A DNA stretch of 64,000 nucleotides from Octopus sinensis (lineage: Eukaryota). Position numbers and translations under genes: made by a program. Location of the stretch: contig NC_043005.1 in the NCBI RefSeq assembly GCF_006345805.1, forward strand, positions 28,148,001-28,212,000, written 5' to 3'. This document shows, one piece after another, positions 38,021-51,075 of this stretch (its first letter is position 1; every line of letters begins with the position of its first letter). The notes below the pieces were generated by a model. That model searched no databases, was not told the origin of the DNA, and saw only the letters and a list, made by a program, of their open reading frames with translations.

Positions 38021-38356
38021 TAAATATATAATTAAGCATGGAAGACATGCTGAAACTGTTGACTTCACTTAAATATTTATTATTTGACGAAGTTAAGAGT
38101 CTTTGTGTGTTTTCGAATGGCTGGTATGTAGCTTCTTCCACACTGTAGTTGTTTCAGTTTTAAAGATAACTTATTTCAGTGGAAGTTTAGGCTGAAATCA
38201 ATATCATTGTGTTCATGTTGTTGTTACTTAACCCTTAGGTGACCTCTGGCCTTTGGTTGAAAGGCATTCTAGTTGTGACCATCCTGTCTTATTTTTCAGA
38301 CCCTGCATCTAGAATTACTTTATCTGTCCTTCCCATTACTTTTTAAAACTCTAAAG

Positions 38357-38508
38357 CAGCGGTTCGCAACCTTTTCACTACCAAGGACCCCTTTTATCTA
38401 AATGAGTTTTCCCATGGACCCCAGGATATTGAAAAGTCTGTCAGCTTAACATGTTCATGGACCCCCACCCCAGTACTACCTTTGCAGATCACAGGTTGGG
38501 AACCACTG
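38357..38508. mobile_element. hAT (Charlie-like) MITE
   Basis: TIRs CAGCGGTTCGCAACCT / AGGTTGGGAACCACTG; near-matching 8-bp flanks CTCTAAAG / CTCTTTAG. Confidence 0.7.
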
Positions 38509-38692
38509 CTCTTTAGTGTGATTTGAAGGGAATTTGGCTGCTATTTCTAGTACTTCTTGGGGTGAACCAAAACTGAGATGCTTGGATAATATCATATTCA
38601 TAGTTTCAGTTGATCTCTCTTGGGAATCCAGCCAAAGTCTAATGATGGTTGCTTCTAATAGGACCCTGTAAAGGTGCCTAAGGACTTTACCT

Positions 38693-38732
<40 letters not shown>

Positions 38733-38779
38733 GTTTAAATATTTGTTGTGCAAGATTTTTTATGACCATTCCAAAATAT

Positions 38780-38824
<45 letters not shown>

Positions 38825-38854
38825 ATATATGTGTGTGTGATGGTAACTCAGGTT

Positions 38855-39203
38855 CATATCCGGCTGATGGCAGTGTAGGATATCTATCTGTCTGTCTGTC
38901 TCATGGACTCTCATGTTGTTAAACGATGTATGAGGGTTTGGCAATTTCTTGCCGAACAACCACACAGATGATTCGTTTATAGTGATCAAATGTTTGTGTA
39001 TACATAAGCTCACTCCCTCCATCAAATCAACATTACCTGTGCAGGTGCGACGGATGCCACATGTCAGATGTTAAAATGATCACAGAGCAACATGAAATGA
39101 AGTGCTTTGCTCAAGAACACAACACAATACCTGGTCTGGGAATCAAACCCACGGTCTTGCAATTGTGAGTGCAACGCCCTAACCACTTAGCCATGCACCT
39201 TCA
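38855..39203 (-). mobile_element. Third SINE family (tRNA head, CORE-like box, distinct tail)
   Basis: Minus head GGTGCATGGCTAAGTGGTTAGGGCG..GGTTTGATTCCC, TTCTTGAGCAAAGCACTT; relatives at ~21330, ~43480, ~54990. Confidence 0.65.
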
Positions 39204-39239
39204 TATTATCTATATATATATATATAAAATATTATATAA

Positions 39240-39397
39240 GTGCAGGAGTGTGTGATAAGTAGCTTGCTGATCAACCATATGGTTCTTGTTTCAGTCCCAC
39301 TGCATGGCACCTTGGGCAAGTATCATCTACTATAGCTTCAGGCCGACCTAAGCTTTGTGAGTGAATTTGATAGATGGAAACTGAAAGAAGCCTGTTG

Positions 39398-39452
<55 letters not shown>

Positions 39453-39655
39453 GTATGTGTTTGTGTGTCTGTGTTTGTGCCCCCACCATTGCTTGACAAC
39501 TGATGATGGTGTGTTTACATTCCTGTAAGTTACTGGTCTGGCAAAAGAGACCGATAGAATAGTTACTCGGCTTACAAACAATAAGTCGATTTGTTCGACA
39601 AAAGGTGGTGCTCCAGCATGGCCACAGTCAAATGACTGAAACAAATAAAAGAATC
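39240..39655 (+). mobile_element. SINE family A
   Basis: Full-length; directly followed by an RTE UTR tail (39655-39860). Confidence 0.85.
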
Positions 39656-40244
39656 GCCTGACTAGCTCTCATGCCGGTGGCATGTAAAAAGCACCCACTA
39701 CACTCACAGAGTGGTTGGTGTTAGGAAGGGCATCCAGCTGTAGAAACATTGCCAGATCAGATTGGAGCCTGGTGCAGCCTTCTGGCTCACCAGTCTTCAG
39801 TCAAACCATCCAACTCATGCCAGCATGGAAAGCGGATGTTAAATGGTGATGATGATGCTGATGATTACTGATTATGGTATATAACTGGTCAGAATGTTAC
39901 TAACTCTTCAGACATGCTGATGAGTTGTCAATTCCTTCTAGCAGTAATATTTATTATGAAAGCAATGGTAACATTTTCACTATTTTAAATATATAGGGAG
40001 TAACACTTAGATGATTGTTGAAAACTCCATAAATTCCCAAAATGGACTATGTATAGGCGTGGCTGTGTGGTAAGAAGCTTGCTTCCTGACAAAATGGTTC
40101 TGGGTTCAGTCCTGCTCTGTGGCACATTGGGCAGATCTCTTCCACTATAAACTTGGACTGACCAAAGACTTGTGAGTGAATTTGGTAGACGGAAACTGAA
40201 AGAAGCCCTTCATATATATATATTTATATATATACATATATATA

Positions 40245-40650
40245 TATGGTGCTTTTTACATGCCACCGGCATTTGATTTTTAATTTGAGTCAAGTACATC
40301 AACATCAAAATAAAAATCAAATGGAGGTTGTGGTTGTGATAACCGTGTTGGTGGCACATAAAAAGCACCATCCAAATGGGGCCGATGCCAGCGCCACCTT
40401 GGCAGGCATCTGTGCTGGCGGCACGTAAAAAGCACCAACCTATTGTGGCCATTGCCAACCTCCTGTGGCCCCTGTGCCGGTGGCACGTAAAAAGCACCAA
40501 CCTATCGTGGCCGTTGCCATCCTCCTGTGGCACGTAAAAAGCACCCACTACACTCATGGAGTGGTTGGCGTAAGGAAGAGCATCCAGCTGTAGAAACACT
40601 GCCAGACCCCAGTCGAACCGTCCAACCCACGCTAGCATGGAAAACGGATG
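40245..40650 (+). mobile_element. RTE 3' UTR with internal repeat array and 5' inverted unit
   Basis: GTGGCACGTAAAAAGCACC at 40351, 40418, 40480, 40527; inverted copy at 40248. Confidence 0.8.
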
Positions 40651-40885
40651 TACTCTCTTATTATCAATTGCCAGTTTCCTTTTTTACTGGAAGATAAGTA
40701 AATAAGCTTTTAAGCAAACGCCCAATTCCTCGTCCTTTTTCATGTCCATGAAGTAATTGTAGCTATTTGGAAAGTCTGCTAAGCAACAATTACACCCATC
40801 ACATGAGTGTAGTAATTTATTTACTAATCCTTTTGTAAATGAACAAGTTCACTGTTGATAACTGGGAAGTATTTAGATAAAAATA

Positions 40886-41250
40886 GGCGCAGGAGTGGAT
40901 GTGTGGTAAGAAGCTTGCTTCCCAATCATATGGTTCCGGGTTCAGTCCTACTGTGTAGCACCTTGGGCAAGTGTCTTCTACTATAGTCTCAGGCCGACCA
41001 AAGCCTTGTGAGTGGATTTGGTAGATGGAGTGTGAAAGAAGCCCATCATATATATATATGTATATATATATTTTTTTGTGTTTGTTATTTGTGTCCTGTG
41101 TTTGTCCCCACCACCATCCCCGTCACTTAGTGTTTCAGCAAAAGACCAATAGAATAAGTACTAGGCTTACAGAGAATAAGTGCTGGGGTTGATTTGTTCG
41201 ATTAAAAGATGGTGCTCCAGCATGGCCACAGTCAAATGACTGAAGCAACA
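40886..41250 (+). mobile_element. SINE family A
   Basis: Full-length copy. Confidence 0.85.
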
Positions 41251-42689
41251 AAAAAAAAAGAAAAAATATTCACATACACACACACACGCACACAATGCCG
41301 AAGAACAAAAAAGAAGAAAAGAAAAAAAAGAATAAGCCCTCAATCAAATTTTTTTGTTTGACACTCAGAGAAATGGAGGGAGTTAATTATTTTGGCGTTT
41401 TGGATTTTGTCCTTCTTTGGAATTGGTTGCAGAATGGCAAGAGCAGAGGAAGGACAAAAAAGAAGAAAGTAAAATGAGTAATCCAGATGAGAATGTCCAC
41501 ATCTATATATATGTACAGAAACGTGCTCACATGATGGAAGGCAGTTAAGTAGTTATTATCTACTGGGATGCATAAAATCATGACCATTTTTCGAGTGCTA
41601 CTTCAGTTAATGTATAGAGACATTGTATAATAAGGTTAAATATAATTGGAAGTATTTTTGACATTGCTGCAGAGGAAATGACAATCTAGAAAACCAATCA
41701 GAAAGTTGTTTTAAATATCTTTATTTATGTATCATACACACACACACATGCATAGTGACATACACATACAAAATATACAGGCTCTTATTAATATGTAAAC
41801 ACACACCATGTAACCTTGTACTACACGTTATACATGACAAGTGGGTGAAATGTATGTATATCAGTTAAAGAGTGAAGTTCAGTGTTGTGGGTTCACTATA
41901 CTTTTGTCTCGTGTTCCTATCTCCTTACAAATGTTATTTGTCTTACTGCTGTCAAAAAAATCATTATGTACTGACCTAAATAATTAATGAATAAGTTTGT
42001 AACTAAATAATTTATTTAAATGAATTTTCTGCAGAAGGCAAATTAAATATTTCTTGGATACAAAAAAATGCTTTTAAAAAATGTACAAAACTGAGCAGTA
42101 ACATAAACATAGAAATGAAAAAAAAATGAAAAAATATGAATTCTTTATTTGAATTATTTTGAAAATTATAGGTCAGCCATTTTAAATTTAGTCTTTTTGC
42201 TTCATTTAGAATAATACAGGGAATTTTGTTAGCTTCAGTCCAACAATGGATGAAGTAAATTAAAAAACCCTTGGTAAGCCTTAAGCTTTAGCAACAAGGA
42301 AAGGTTTCTGTTTTCTTTTTCTTTGAAATGTAATAGTTTAGGTTTAGCTCCTGTCAAGCCTTCCCTCACAACTTCTCTTCTAACATCCATCCCTCCATCA
42401 TGCTTCTAACTGAAGCACGATTTCTTAGGTGCTGTAAATGATACCATTTACCTTGCTACACTTCACATTGTTTCCCTAGTATTGTCTCTTATCATCCTCT
42501 ATTCCTCTCTGACCCTTTTCCTATTTCCTTCACTTCCCCTATACTGATATTCACATTGATTATAATCTTGCTCTGTATCCATTCACTGCATTGCTAAACA
42601 GCAGCAAGATATGTTCAGAGAGACATTTGGATACTTCAGAAAGGGGTAACACAAATGAGCTGGGATTAACCAAGCTTTAACACTTTTAT

Positions 42690-43155
42690 TACCATACTCG
42701 TGCCAGTGGAATGTTAAAAGCACATCCAAGCGTGAGTGTTGCCAGGGCCACAGATAGGCTCCCATGCTGGTGATGATAACATGACACACTTCAGCGTGAT
42801 CGTTGCCAGCGTCGCCTTCCCAGCACATGTGCCGGTGGCATGTGAAAAACAACATTCCAGCGTGGTCATTGCAAGTTTTGCCGGACTGGCTCCCATGCAG
42901 GTAGCACGTAAAAAACACCTTTTGAGCATGGTCGTTGCCAGAACTGCCTGACTGGCCCTCTTGCCAGTGGCATGTAAAACCACCCACTACACTCTCGAAG
43001 TGGTTGGCATGAGGAAGGGCATCCAGCTGTAGAAACTTTGCCAGATCAGAATGAACCTGGTGCAGCTGCTGGCCCTCCAGACCTCAGTCAAACCGTCCAA
43101 CTGTCCAACCCATGCCAGCAAAGAAAGCAGGCGTTAAATGATGAGGATGATGATT
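42690..43155 (+). mobile_element. RTE 3' UTR copy
   Basis: Four degenerate internal repeat units, GGAAGGGCATCCAGCTGTAGAAAC, (GAT)n tail. Confidence 0.8.
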
Positions 43156-46100
43156 TCTGTTAAAATGCACCGTCTTTGTTTCAGTTAATTTTCTAAACAA
43201 TAAACAATTTGGTAAATTAATTTCGTCATTAAGCTGGTGTTTGGAACATGATTTTGATGAAAGGTTTGAATTTTGATCACTTTAAAACAAAATATTTGCA
43301 TCAGGACCAAGGACAGTCTCAGTTGGATTGGTATCAAAAGAGTTAAATATATCAGCAATATAAAGGGGAGATGAGGTTTGGGTGGATTTGCTGCTGTGAT
43401 GTTGAGTGGTATGGAAGAAATTTGTGTAGCATCGCTGTATCATAAACTAGTGAAAGGAGGAGGAGATGCAAGACCTATGAATATTATAGTGTTTTGCTCA
43501 AGAATATAATGCATAGCCTGGTCCAGGAATTGAAACGACAATCATGCCATCATGAATACAACACCTTAACCACTAAGCCATGTGCTTAGACACACACACA
43601 CTTGCATATACTCACACACACATAAGGCTGTATGATTCAGAACTTTGCTTCACAGTTTTGTGGTTTCAGGTTCAGTCCCACACAGTAGCACCTTGGACTA
43701 TAGCCCCAGGCCAACCAAACTTTTGTAAGTGGATTTGAAAATGGATACTGAAGTGTGTCATGTTATCATCATCCTTTAATATTCCATGCTGACATGGGTT
43801 GGATGTGTGTGTGTGTGAGTGTGTATATATATATGCATGTATATGTATACACATACTTATATGTATATGTCTACATATACATATATGTGTGTGCGTGTAC
43901 GTATGTTTTTCTCCTTGGATTAACATATAGCTGTCAGTGAATGGACAACAGTAAAGTAAAAGTAGATGATGATGGCAACACACACACACACACGTGCGAA
44001 TGCGTTTTTAAGTGAGAGGAGGGAGTTACCTCAAACTAGAGACCTGTCCTATTCACTTGCAACAAAGTGAAACCTGCTAAAAGTTCTCAAGGATTAAGTC
44101 CATCATCAAATTTCCCTTTCAAGCTATAACTGTGGTAGGCAATGCTTTCTCTAGGTGTTGTGAAGCAGCATTTACCAATTTAAAAAGTTAATCAGGCAGC
44201 CTTAAGTTTTATTGGCAAAATTTTAAGGTAACTTAAACATTGCTTCATTGTAGAAGATTCTTGTAGTTTTATCTTAAGCTGTCCTAAACTTCTTTAATGT
44301 TGTACATTGTCACAGTCTCTTGATTGTTTCATGAGTGCTGCATCTGAAGGAAAACAATGTTTTGAAGAAACAGTGACAAGTTAAGTAATGAATGTTGTAT
44401 GAATATATAAACAATGAGGATATTCTTTTCTAAGTTTTATCTTTGTCAGTTTGTAAATTGCTTCCAGGATCTATTAAACAATTAAGGTTTGGCTAAGATT
44501 TTCACAAAAAATTGAGCCACTTTGTCAACTCTTTTCTATGTGTCTCTGGAGAAGATTGTAAATCATTTATGATAACTCTTTATATCCTATGGGAGACCTG
44601 TGTGTCTTTCTAAACAACCTTAATTTTCATGCCAAGATCTGCCATGTTGTCAGTGTTTTCACTCCCTTGTGTGACCTGATACACATATCGCCGACACATT
44701 AAGACCCTAGTGTTTTCAGAAGATATACAGAAGTTTACCATTAGACCATCACCTGAAGTATTAAGTCCTCAGTGAAATGGCTCAGGCTTGTGGTAAACAT
44801 GTCTAACTCAGATTTGCCTTTATGGAATTCTTTACAACCAGCTACACTGTGATGAACACCTGCTTGGAAAATGTAGAAGCAATTCGAAAAGCAACTGATA
44901 AGCAATTTGAAGTGAAGCAACATCAACCCTTCACGAGTGGTAGATACTGGCTGCTCATTTTTGTAAGAGAGGGATTGAAAACATGGGCAACTATAAGACA
45001 TGCTAAGAGGATGTCCCAATACTAACAAGAGAAACAGGAAGAGAGGAATGTTTTTAGAGCACTTACGTGTCCTATCTACGAACAAAGTTACAGATCATAG
45101 ATTAGAATGTACTATTAACAAAGGATCTTTGACTGAAAGAGAAGTTTGTCAACTTTGGATTTGTTAAACAACCATAAGCAAGTAAGTATGGATATACATA
45201 TGTGTCTGTGTGTGTATACGCCTGCTTGTTTGTTGATATGGGTCTTCATGTCTGTGTGTGTATGTGAGCCTGCATGTTTGTGTGTGTGTGTGTAAATGTG
45301 TGATAAAATAGTGAATCTTCAAAGATGTGTGAAATAAGAGATCCCTTACATGAAAAATGGGCAAGTGTTGGTAAGAGGAAGGGCATCTGGATGTAAAACA
45401 ATGCTTTGATAATGTATTCATCTGATTCATGCTACCTTGGAAAATGGATGTTAAACAAAGAAACTTAGGTGTAACTGTAAGTTTAAAAATGTTTTCAGTT
45501 TCAGTTTTTTTTTTTTCTGGAATTTTGATTTGAATTTAAATTTCAAATTTTTTTGTCTTGGATTTTCAACTCCCAAACCATCAACATATTATATTTCAGA
45601 AATGTAATTGAAGTAAAGATAACGAAAAATTGTTAATTAAATAGCATGTATAAAATAATGAGAATAAGATAATTAGATGAGAGTTCTTCAGGGAGTGTGT
45701 GTGAGAATACTTCAAAACTTCAAACCAATATTCTCTCTCTCCTCCATCTCTCCTCCTTCCTTCTGTGTAGTCAACAGCAGACATATTTGGTCACTTAAGT
45801 AATTTGAATTCAGATGGCCAGATTCATGAACAATTCTCATTTAGCTCCAATTCTATTTGGATTCAGCTGACTTGCAGTCAAAGACACTCCAGTTGTGACT
45901 ATCTTGTCTTTTATTCAGACACAGTGTATCTAGGACTACTTTTATTAATGTTCCTTTTCTCCTTCATTTTGAAATCATCATCATCATAATCATGATTATT
46001 ATTAAGAAAGTTGTGATTTGAGTTAGGTTTGATTGCTATTTCTATCAGGTTGAATGACCACATTAAGAAGCACTGTCCTTAACCTATTTTAGTAAAAATA

Positions 46101-46544
46101 TTAGTCTTGCCCACTTCCTCTTGAATGTCATAGTTAACCCCACTCCTAACTTTTTTTTTGTTTCTAATATTAAAATATGAGAATGTATTGAAGTTTCAAT
46201 ATAATCTTTCTCCATTGCATAAATAACAATATTCTGATTGTCTCGGTATGTGTTCTTCCTTCAAAGAGATATTCTTATCTGTTATCGTCAGACAAGCAGA
46301 CAACTAGAGCGGAAAGAAGGGTGGGAAACGGCTGTTTTTGTTTTTGCAAAATAAAAGAGCTTTTTTCCTTAGTAAAAAATATATTGAAAGTGCTTTCCGC
46401 ATAAGATTTATTTATTTTTTGTAATTCAGAGGATAAACAAATCTAATAATATTTGTCAACAATGCTTTAAATCCATAATTAGGAATGGCATAAGGGCCAT
46501 AAATTCAATCTAGTTGTGTGCAATGTGTATCATTATTATGTGAG

Positions 46545-46745
46545 CTAGCAGAAATGTTAGCACGCTAGGTGAAATGTTTAGCAGTATTTTGTCTGTCTTT
46601 ACGTTCTGAGTTCAAATTCTGCCAAGGTTGACTTTGCCTTTCATCCTTTCAGGGTCAATAAATTAAGTACCAGTTGCATACTAGGGTCGAGCTAATCAAC
46701 TGGACCCCTCCCTCAAAATTTCAAGCCTTGTGCCTAGAGTAGAAA
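46545..46745 (+). mobile_element. SINE family B, tail 1
   Basis: CpG-decayed copy. Confidence 0.8.
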
Positions 46746-47187
46746 AGATTATCATGTTTATGCCTTCTTTTTGCTCAATCCTCCAGTGACTCAACATGCT
46801 TTCTTCATCTTGAATGCTTTATAGATATTCAGCGCTCTACCTGTCCATTATTTCCTTATCTTTGATTTAAACTTTATTTTCTATTATAATTTCATTTTCT
46901 AAGAAAATGCTTTCTTACATATTTTTTTCTTTTTTTTTTGCAAAGGGAAACAATTTTATCTTCATGGGACCCTAGAATTAAAGAAATGTCGAAATCTTTA
47001 GATTTTTAGCATGGCTAAAGGTATGGCTATGTACTCAAGAAGGTCACTTTGCAACCATGTGATTATGTCTTTTACTACATGCCTTATGAGTGAATTTGGC
47101 AGATGGAAAGTGTGTGGAAGTCCACCATATAATATATATATGTGTGTGTGTGTGTGTATATATGTGTATATATATATATATATATAT

Positions 47188-47530
47188 AGGCACAGGAGTG
47201 GCTGTGTGGTAAGTAGCTTGCTTACCAACCACATGGTTCTGGGTTCAGTCCCACTGCATGGCACCTTGGGCAAGTGTCTTCTACTATAGCCTCAGTCTAA
47301 CCAAAGACTTGTGAGTGGATTTAGTAGATGGAAACTGAAGGAAGCTTGTTGTACGTATATATGTGTGTATGTCTGTGTTTGCCCCACTACCATCACTTGA
47401 CAACCAACATTGGTGTGTTTGGCAAAAGAGACTGATAGAATAAGTACTAGGCTTACAAAGAATAAGTCCTGGGGTTGATTTGTTCGACTAAAGGTGGTGT
47501 TCCAACATGGCTGCAGTCAAATGAATAAAA
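47188..47530 (+). mobile_element. SINE family A (LINE inserted at its tail)
   Basis: Full head to tail. Confidence 0.85.
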
Positions 47531-47545
47531 GAATATAGATAGATA

Positions 47546-49824
47546 TGTTTCTTTATTAGCCACACAGGGCTGCACACAGATAGAACAAATTACAAGGTAG
47601 AGCTTTTCTTTTGAAGGTTTAAAAAAAAAAAAAAAAAAAAAAAAGAAAGGGGAGTTTCGATCAAAAGGGATCGTAAAAGGAGAGAAAGAGGACAAAAAAA
47701 AGGGGGGGGGGGTTAAAAAAAAAAAAAAGGGGGAGAGGAAAAAAAATTGATCAATAGGGATCGTTATCACAGAAATGTCAATATGAAGTGTAAAGGGGAG
47801 GACAGGTGAGGTTTACCCGTGGAAAGAAAAGCCTACGGAAAAGACCACGGTAACCTCGGTCAATGAAGTCACATTTTATATTTCTTTTTTTTTTTTTTTT
47901 TTTTTTTTTGCAAATAAGCAACTCTCTATTTTCGATTTCTGGGTTCATAGGACTATGCTCAAGGTGGCTTCGTCATTCATACGTGCCATTCTTGCTACAT
48001 TCACCCATCTTTTTTAAAAATTCGCTAGACAAAACTTGCCTCTCTACTCTCACTTTCCTTTTCAAGTGGTACTTGAAGAAGTTGATGAGAGATTGACCAG
48101 AGAGGAAAGTGTTTGTCTCCAATCCTTTCAGACGCGTCCACCAGATACATTCTTTCGCCATAGCCACAAGGATGATGAAAATAGCTCTTCCTTCCCGTTT
48201 GAAGGAAGGAGGCGTGACAATATTGACGATAGACTCAGCTGATAAACCGACTCGTCCCACACGTGACAGCAGTTGTTCGACATAAGCCCACAGGTCGGAA
48301 ATTGTTGGACACTGAACGAGTGCGTGCAGAACGGTTTCGTCGCTCTGACCGCATCTCGGGCAGGTCGGCCCTGTGTTTCTCGAGCCGTGTCTGTAGAGTA
48401 TCCCGAACGGGTAGCGCTTCTCGGTAGCACTGCCAGGCCAGGGATCTCTGGAAGTTGTCCATGGGCCCTGGCCCGAAAGTCGTCCCGAACAGGCGGGTCA
48501 GGTACTCCTCGTCGACGTCCAGGTTCGCCCCGAGCTCGTCGTCGTACCTCCCCTCCACTAAACCCCTATAGAATGCTTGGTTGTGTTGAAGTCACTTAAG
48601 GTCGACCCAGGACGGCAGAGTTGCTTGAGAGCAACGCGACACTCGCGGTGCCATTCGCCCTTCCTCGGCCTCTTTTTGATCCACGACTGCAGTTCGGTCA
48701 TGGAGACGAGCTGCGGAAAGCGTGCCTCACAAACGGCGACCACACCTGTTCACCGTCATCTACATAGAGCCAGAGATGTCGCAGTCTCAGCGCGTGTCTG
48801 CGCATCATCAACCACGGCATGCCCAGCCCTCCTTTTAAGGTGTGTTGACAGCAAATGGATCGCCTGACCATCGGGACGCATCCTTTCCACAAGAAGCGAA
48901 AGAGGATGCGTTGTAGTTTGGTGATGGTAGGGTCGGGACAAGGTACGACGGTCAGGCGGTAGTAGATGACGGATGCGATGTACGTGTTCGCCACCTCCGC
49001 TCGACTTTTAGGGACAGTTTCCTCTCGGCCCATTGCGGGCGAGAGTGACCACCCTACTCGTTATCTCGTTCCAGTTCTCTCCACTTGAGGTCCGGACCAA
49101 ACCAGACCCCGAGCAACTCAACCGGGCCGTCGGTCCAGCGTCCCACGACGGAGGCGCTGGTGGACGGCATGGGCTTGCTTCTCCAGGTGCCTAGTCGCAA
49201 GCCCACTGACTTTTCCCGGTTGATTTTCGCTCTGTCACCGCTTCGTAGTTTTTCAGTTCTCACCGACCAGCTCGATGTGCTCGTGGCTTGACACTATGAC
49301 GGTGACGTCGTCCGCGTATGCAGACACGCTCGTCCCGCATCCCAATTCTCGCGGGATGCCCCTTAGAGTCGCCAGCTTCCGCAGTAGTGGTCAAGAGTCA
49401 ATACGTATAGAAGCGCCGAGAGGGGGCATCCCTGACGGACCGAACGTGCAATGTCGAAAGGTCTCGATAGATGTCCATTTACGCGAATTACCGAAAGGAT
49501 GCCTCTGTACAAGGCAGCTATCCAGCCGCGGAAGACGGGACCGAAACCAGCCGCTCTCAGGACTGCCCCAAGTATCGATGGTCTACCCTATCAAAGGCTT
49601 TCGATTGATCCAAGTTGATCAGGGCCCCACCCATGCCAGGTTCGTTAACTACCCTGTCTATGATGTAGCGCATCAGATGGAGGTTGTCATGGATGTCCGG
49701 CCTGGCACGGCGCATGTTTGCGCCTTGTCGACCAGTTTCTCGATGACAAGCGCCAACCTCTTGGCTAACACCTTGGCCAAAATTTTCAAGTCTGCATTAA
49801 GCAGAGTGATGGGCCTGCTTATAT
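47546..49824 (-). mobile_element. L1/Tx1-type non-LTR retrotransposon, 5'-truncated, frameshifted RT, 16-bp TSD
   Basis: RPITLLNADLKILAKVLAKRL, LINLDQSKAFDRVDH, VRQGCPLSALLY, SAYADDV, KINREKS, KGGLGMP, C-terminal Cys/His region; TSD AGAATATAGATAGATA at 47530-47545 and 49825-49840. Confidence 0.92.
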
Positions 49825-50597
49825 AGAATATAGATAGATAGATAGATAGAGTGGTAGATAGATAGATAAACAGGCAGACAGACTGACATATATATATATG
49901 TATTTAAGTCACAATATATGGTTTCAAGTAATTCAGCAATACTCATAAAAACAGCTCCTTAATGTATCATTCTACAAACCATAGAATGTACAGTCTGATA
50001 CAAGAGAACATGATAAGGAGTGTATAAAGTTATAAATAACAACAGAAATAGCATAATGAAATTTATTTAACCATTGGAAAATTCCTATAACACAACAAAT
50101 TTTCCAATGGTTAAATGGTTATACTATTTCTCTCATCATTTATAACTTAATATTTAATACACACACACACATACATATATGTGTATGTGTGTGTCATTGC
50201 GGTTGTGTTTATTCCCCCTCCCCAACCATTTCACAACCAGTGTTGGTTTGTTTACATTCCCCTAAGTTAGTGGTTTGGCAAAAGAAGCTGATAGAATGAA
50301 TGTGTACCAGACTTTAAAAATATAAGCTGGAGTCAGTTTGTTCACCTAAAACCCGCTCAAGGTGCTGCTCCAGACTGGCCACATTCCAGTGACTAAAACA
50401 AGCAAATGCTAAAAGGATAGTGAAAGTACAGAAATGAGAAAATTTATAAAATATGAAATTTCCACTAGTTTTGTTTAACGCATTGCAGTTGTTATTCTTG
50501 GTGTTTTGTATTTTGTCAAGCGGACATTAAGATAGGAGGAAAGAAAATATTCTAGTTTCTTGTTATCTTTTACTATTTTCTGTTATCTTCTGTTATA

Positions 50598-51075
<478 letters not shown>

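Noticed and set aside
40248-40550. CRISPR array
   Set aside because: Eukaryotic context, no cas genes, spacers partly homologous, and the array recurs inside RTE 3' UTR copies
45804-45989. ORF with faint CUB-like words (SSNSIWIQL, CDYLVFYSD)
   Set aside because: Motif order and spacing do not fit a CUB domain; no supporting exons
48036-49826. Plus-strand ORFs within the GC-rich block
   Set aside because: Antisense shadows of the minus-strand Tx1 reverse transcriptase
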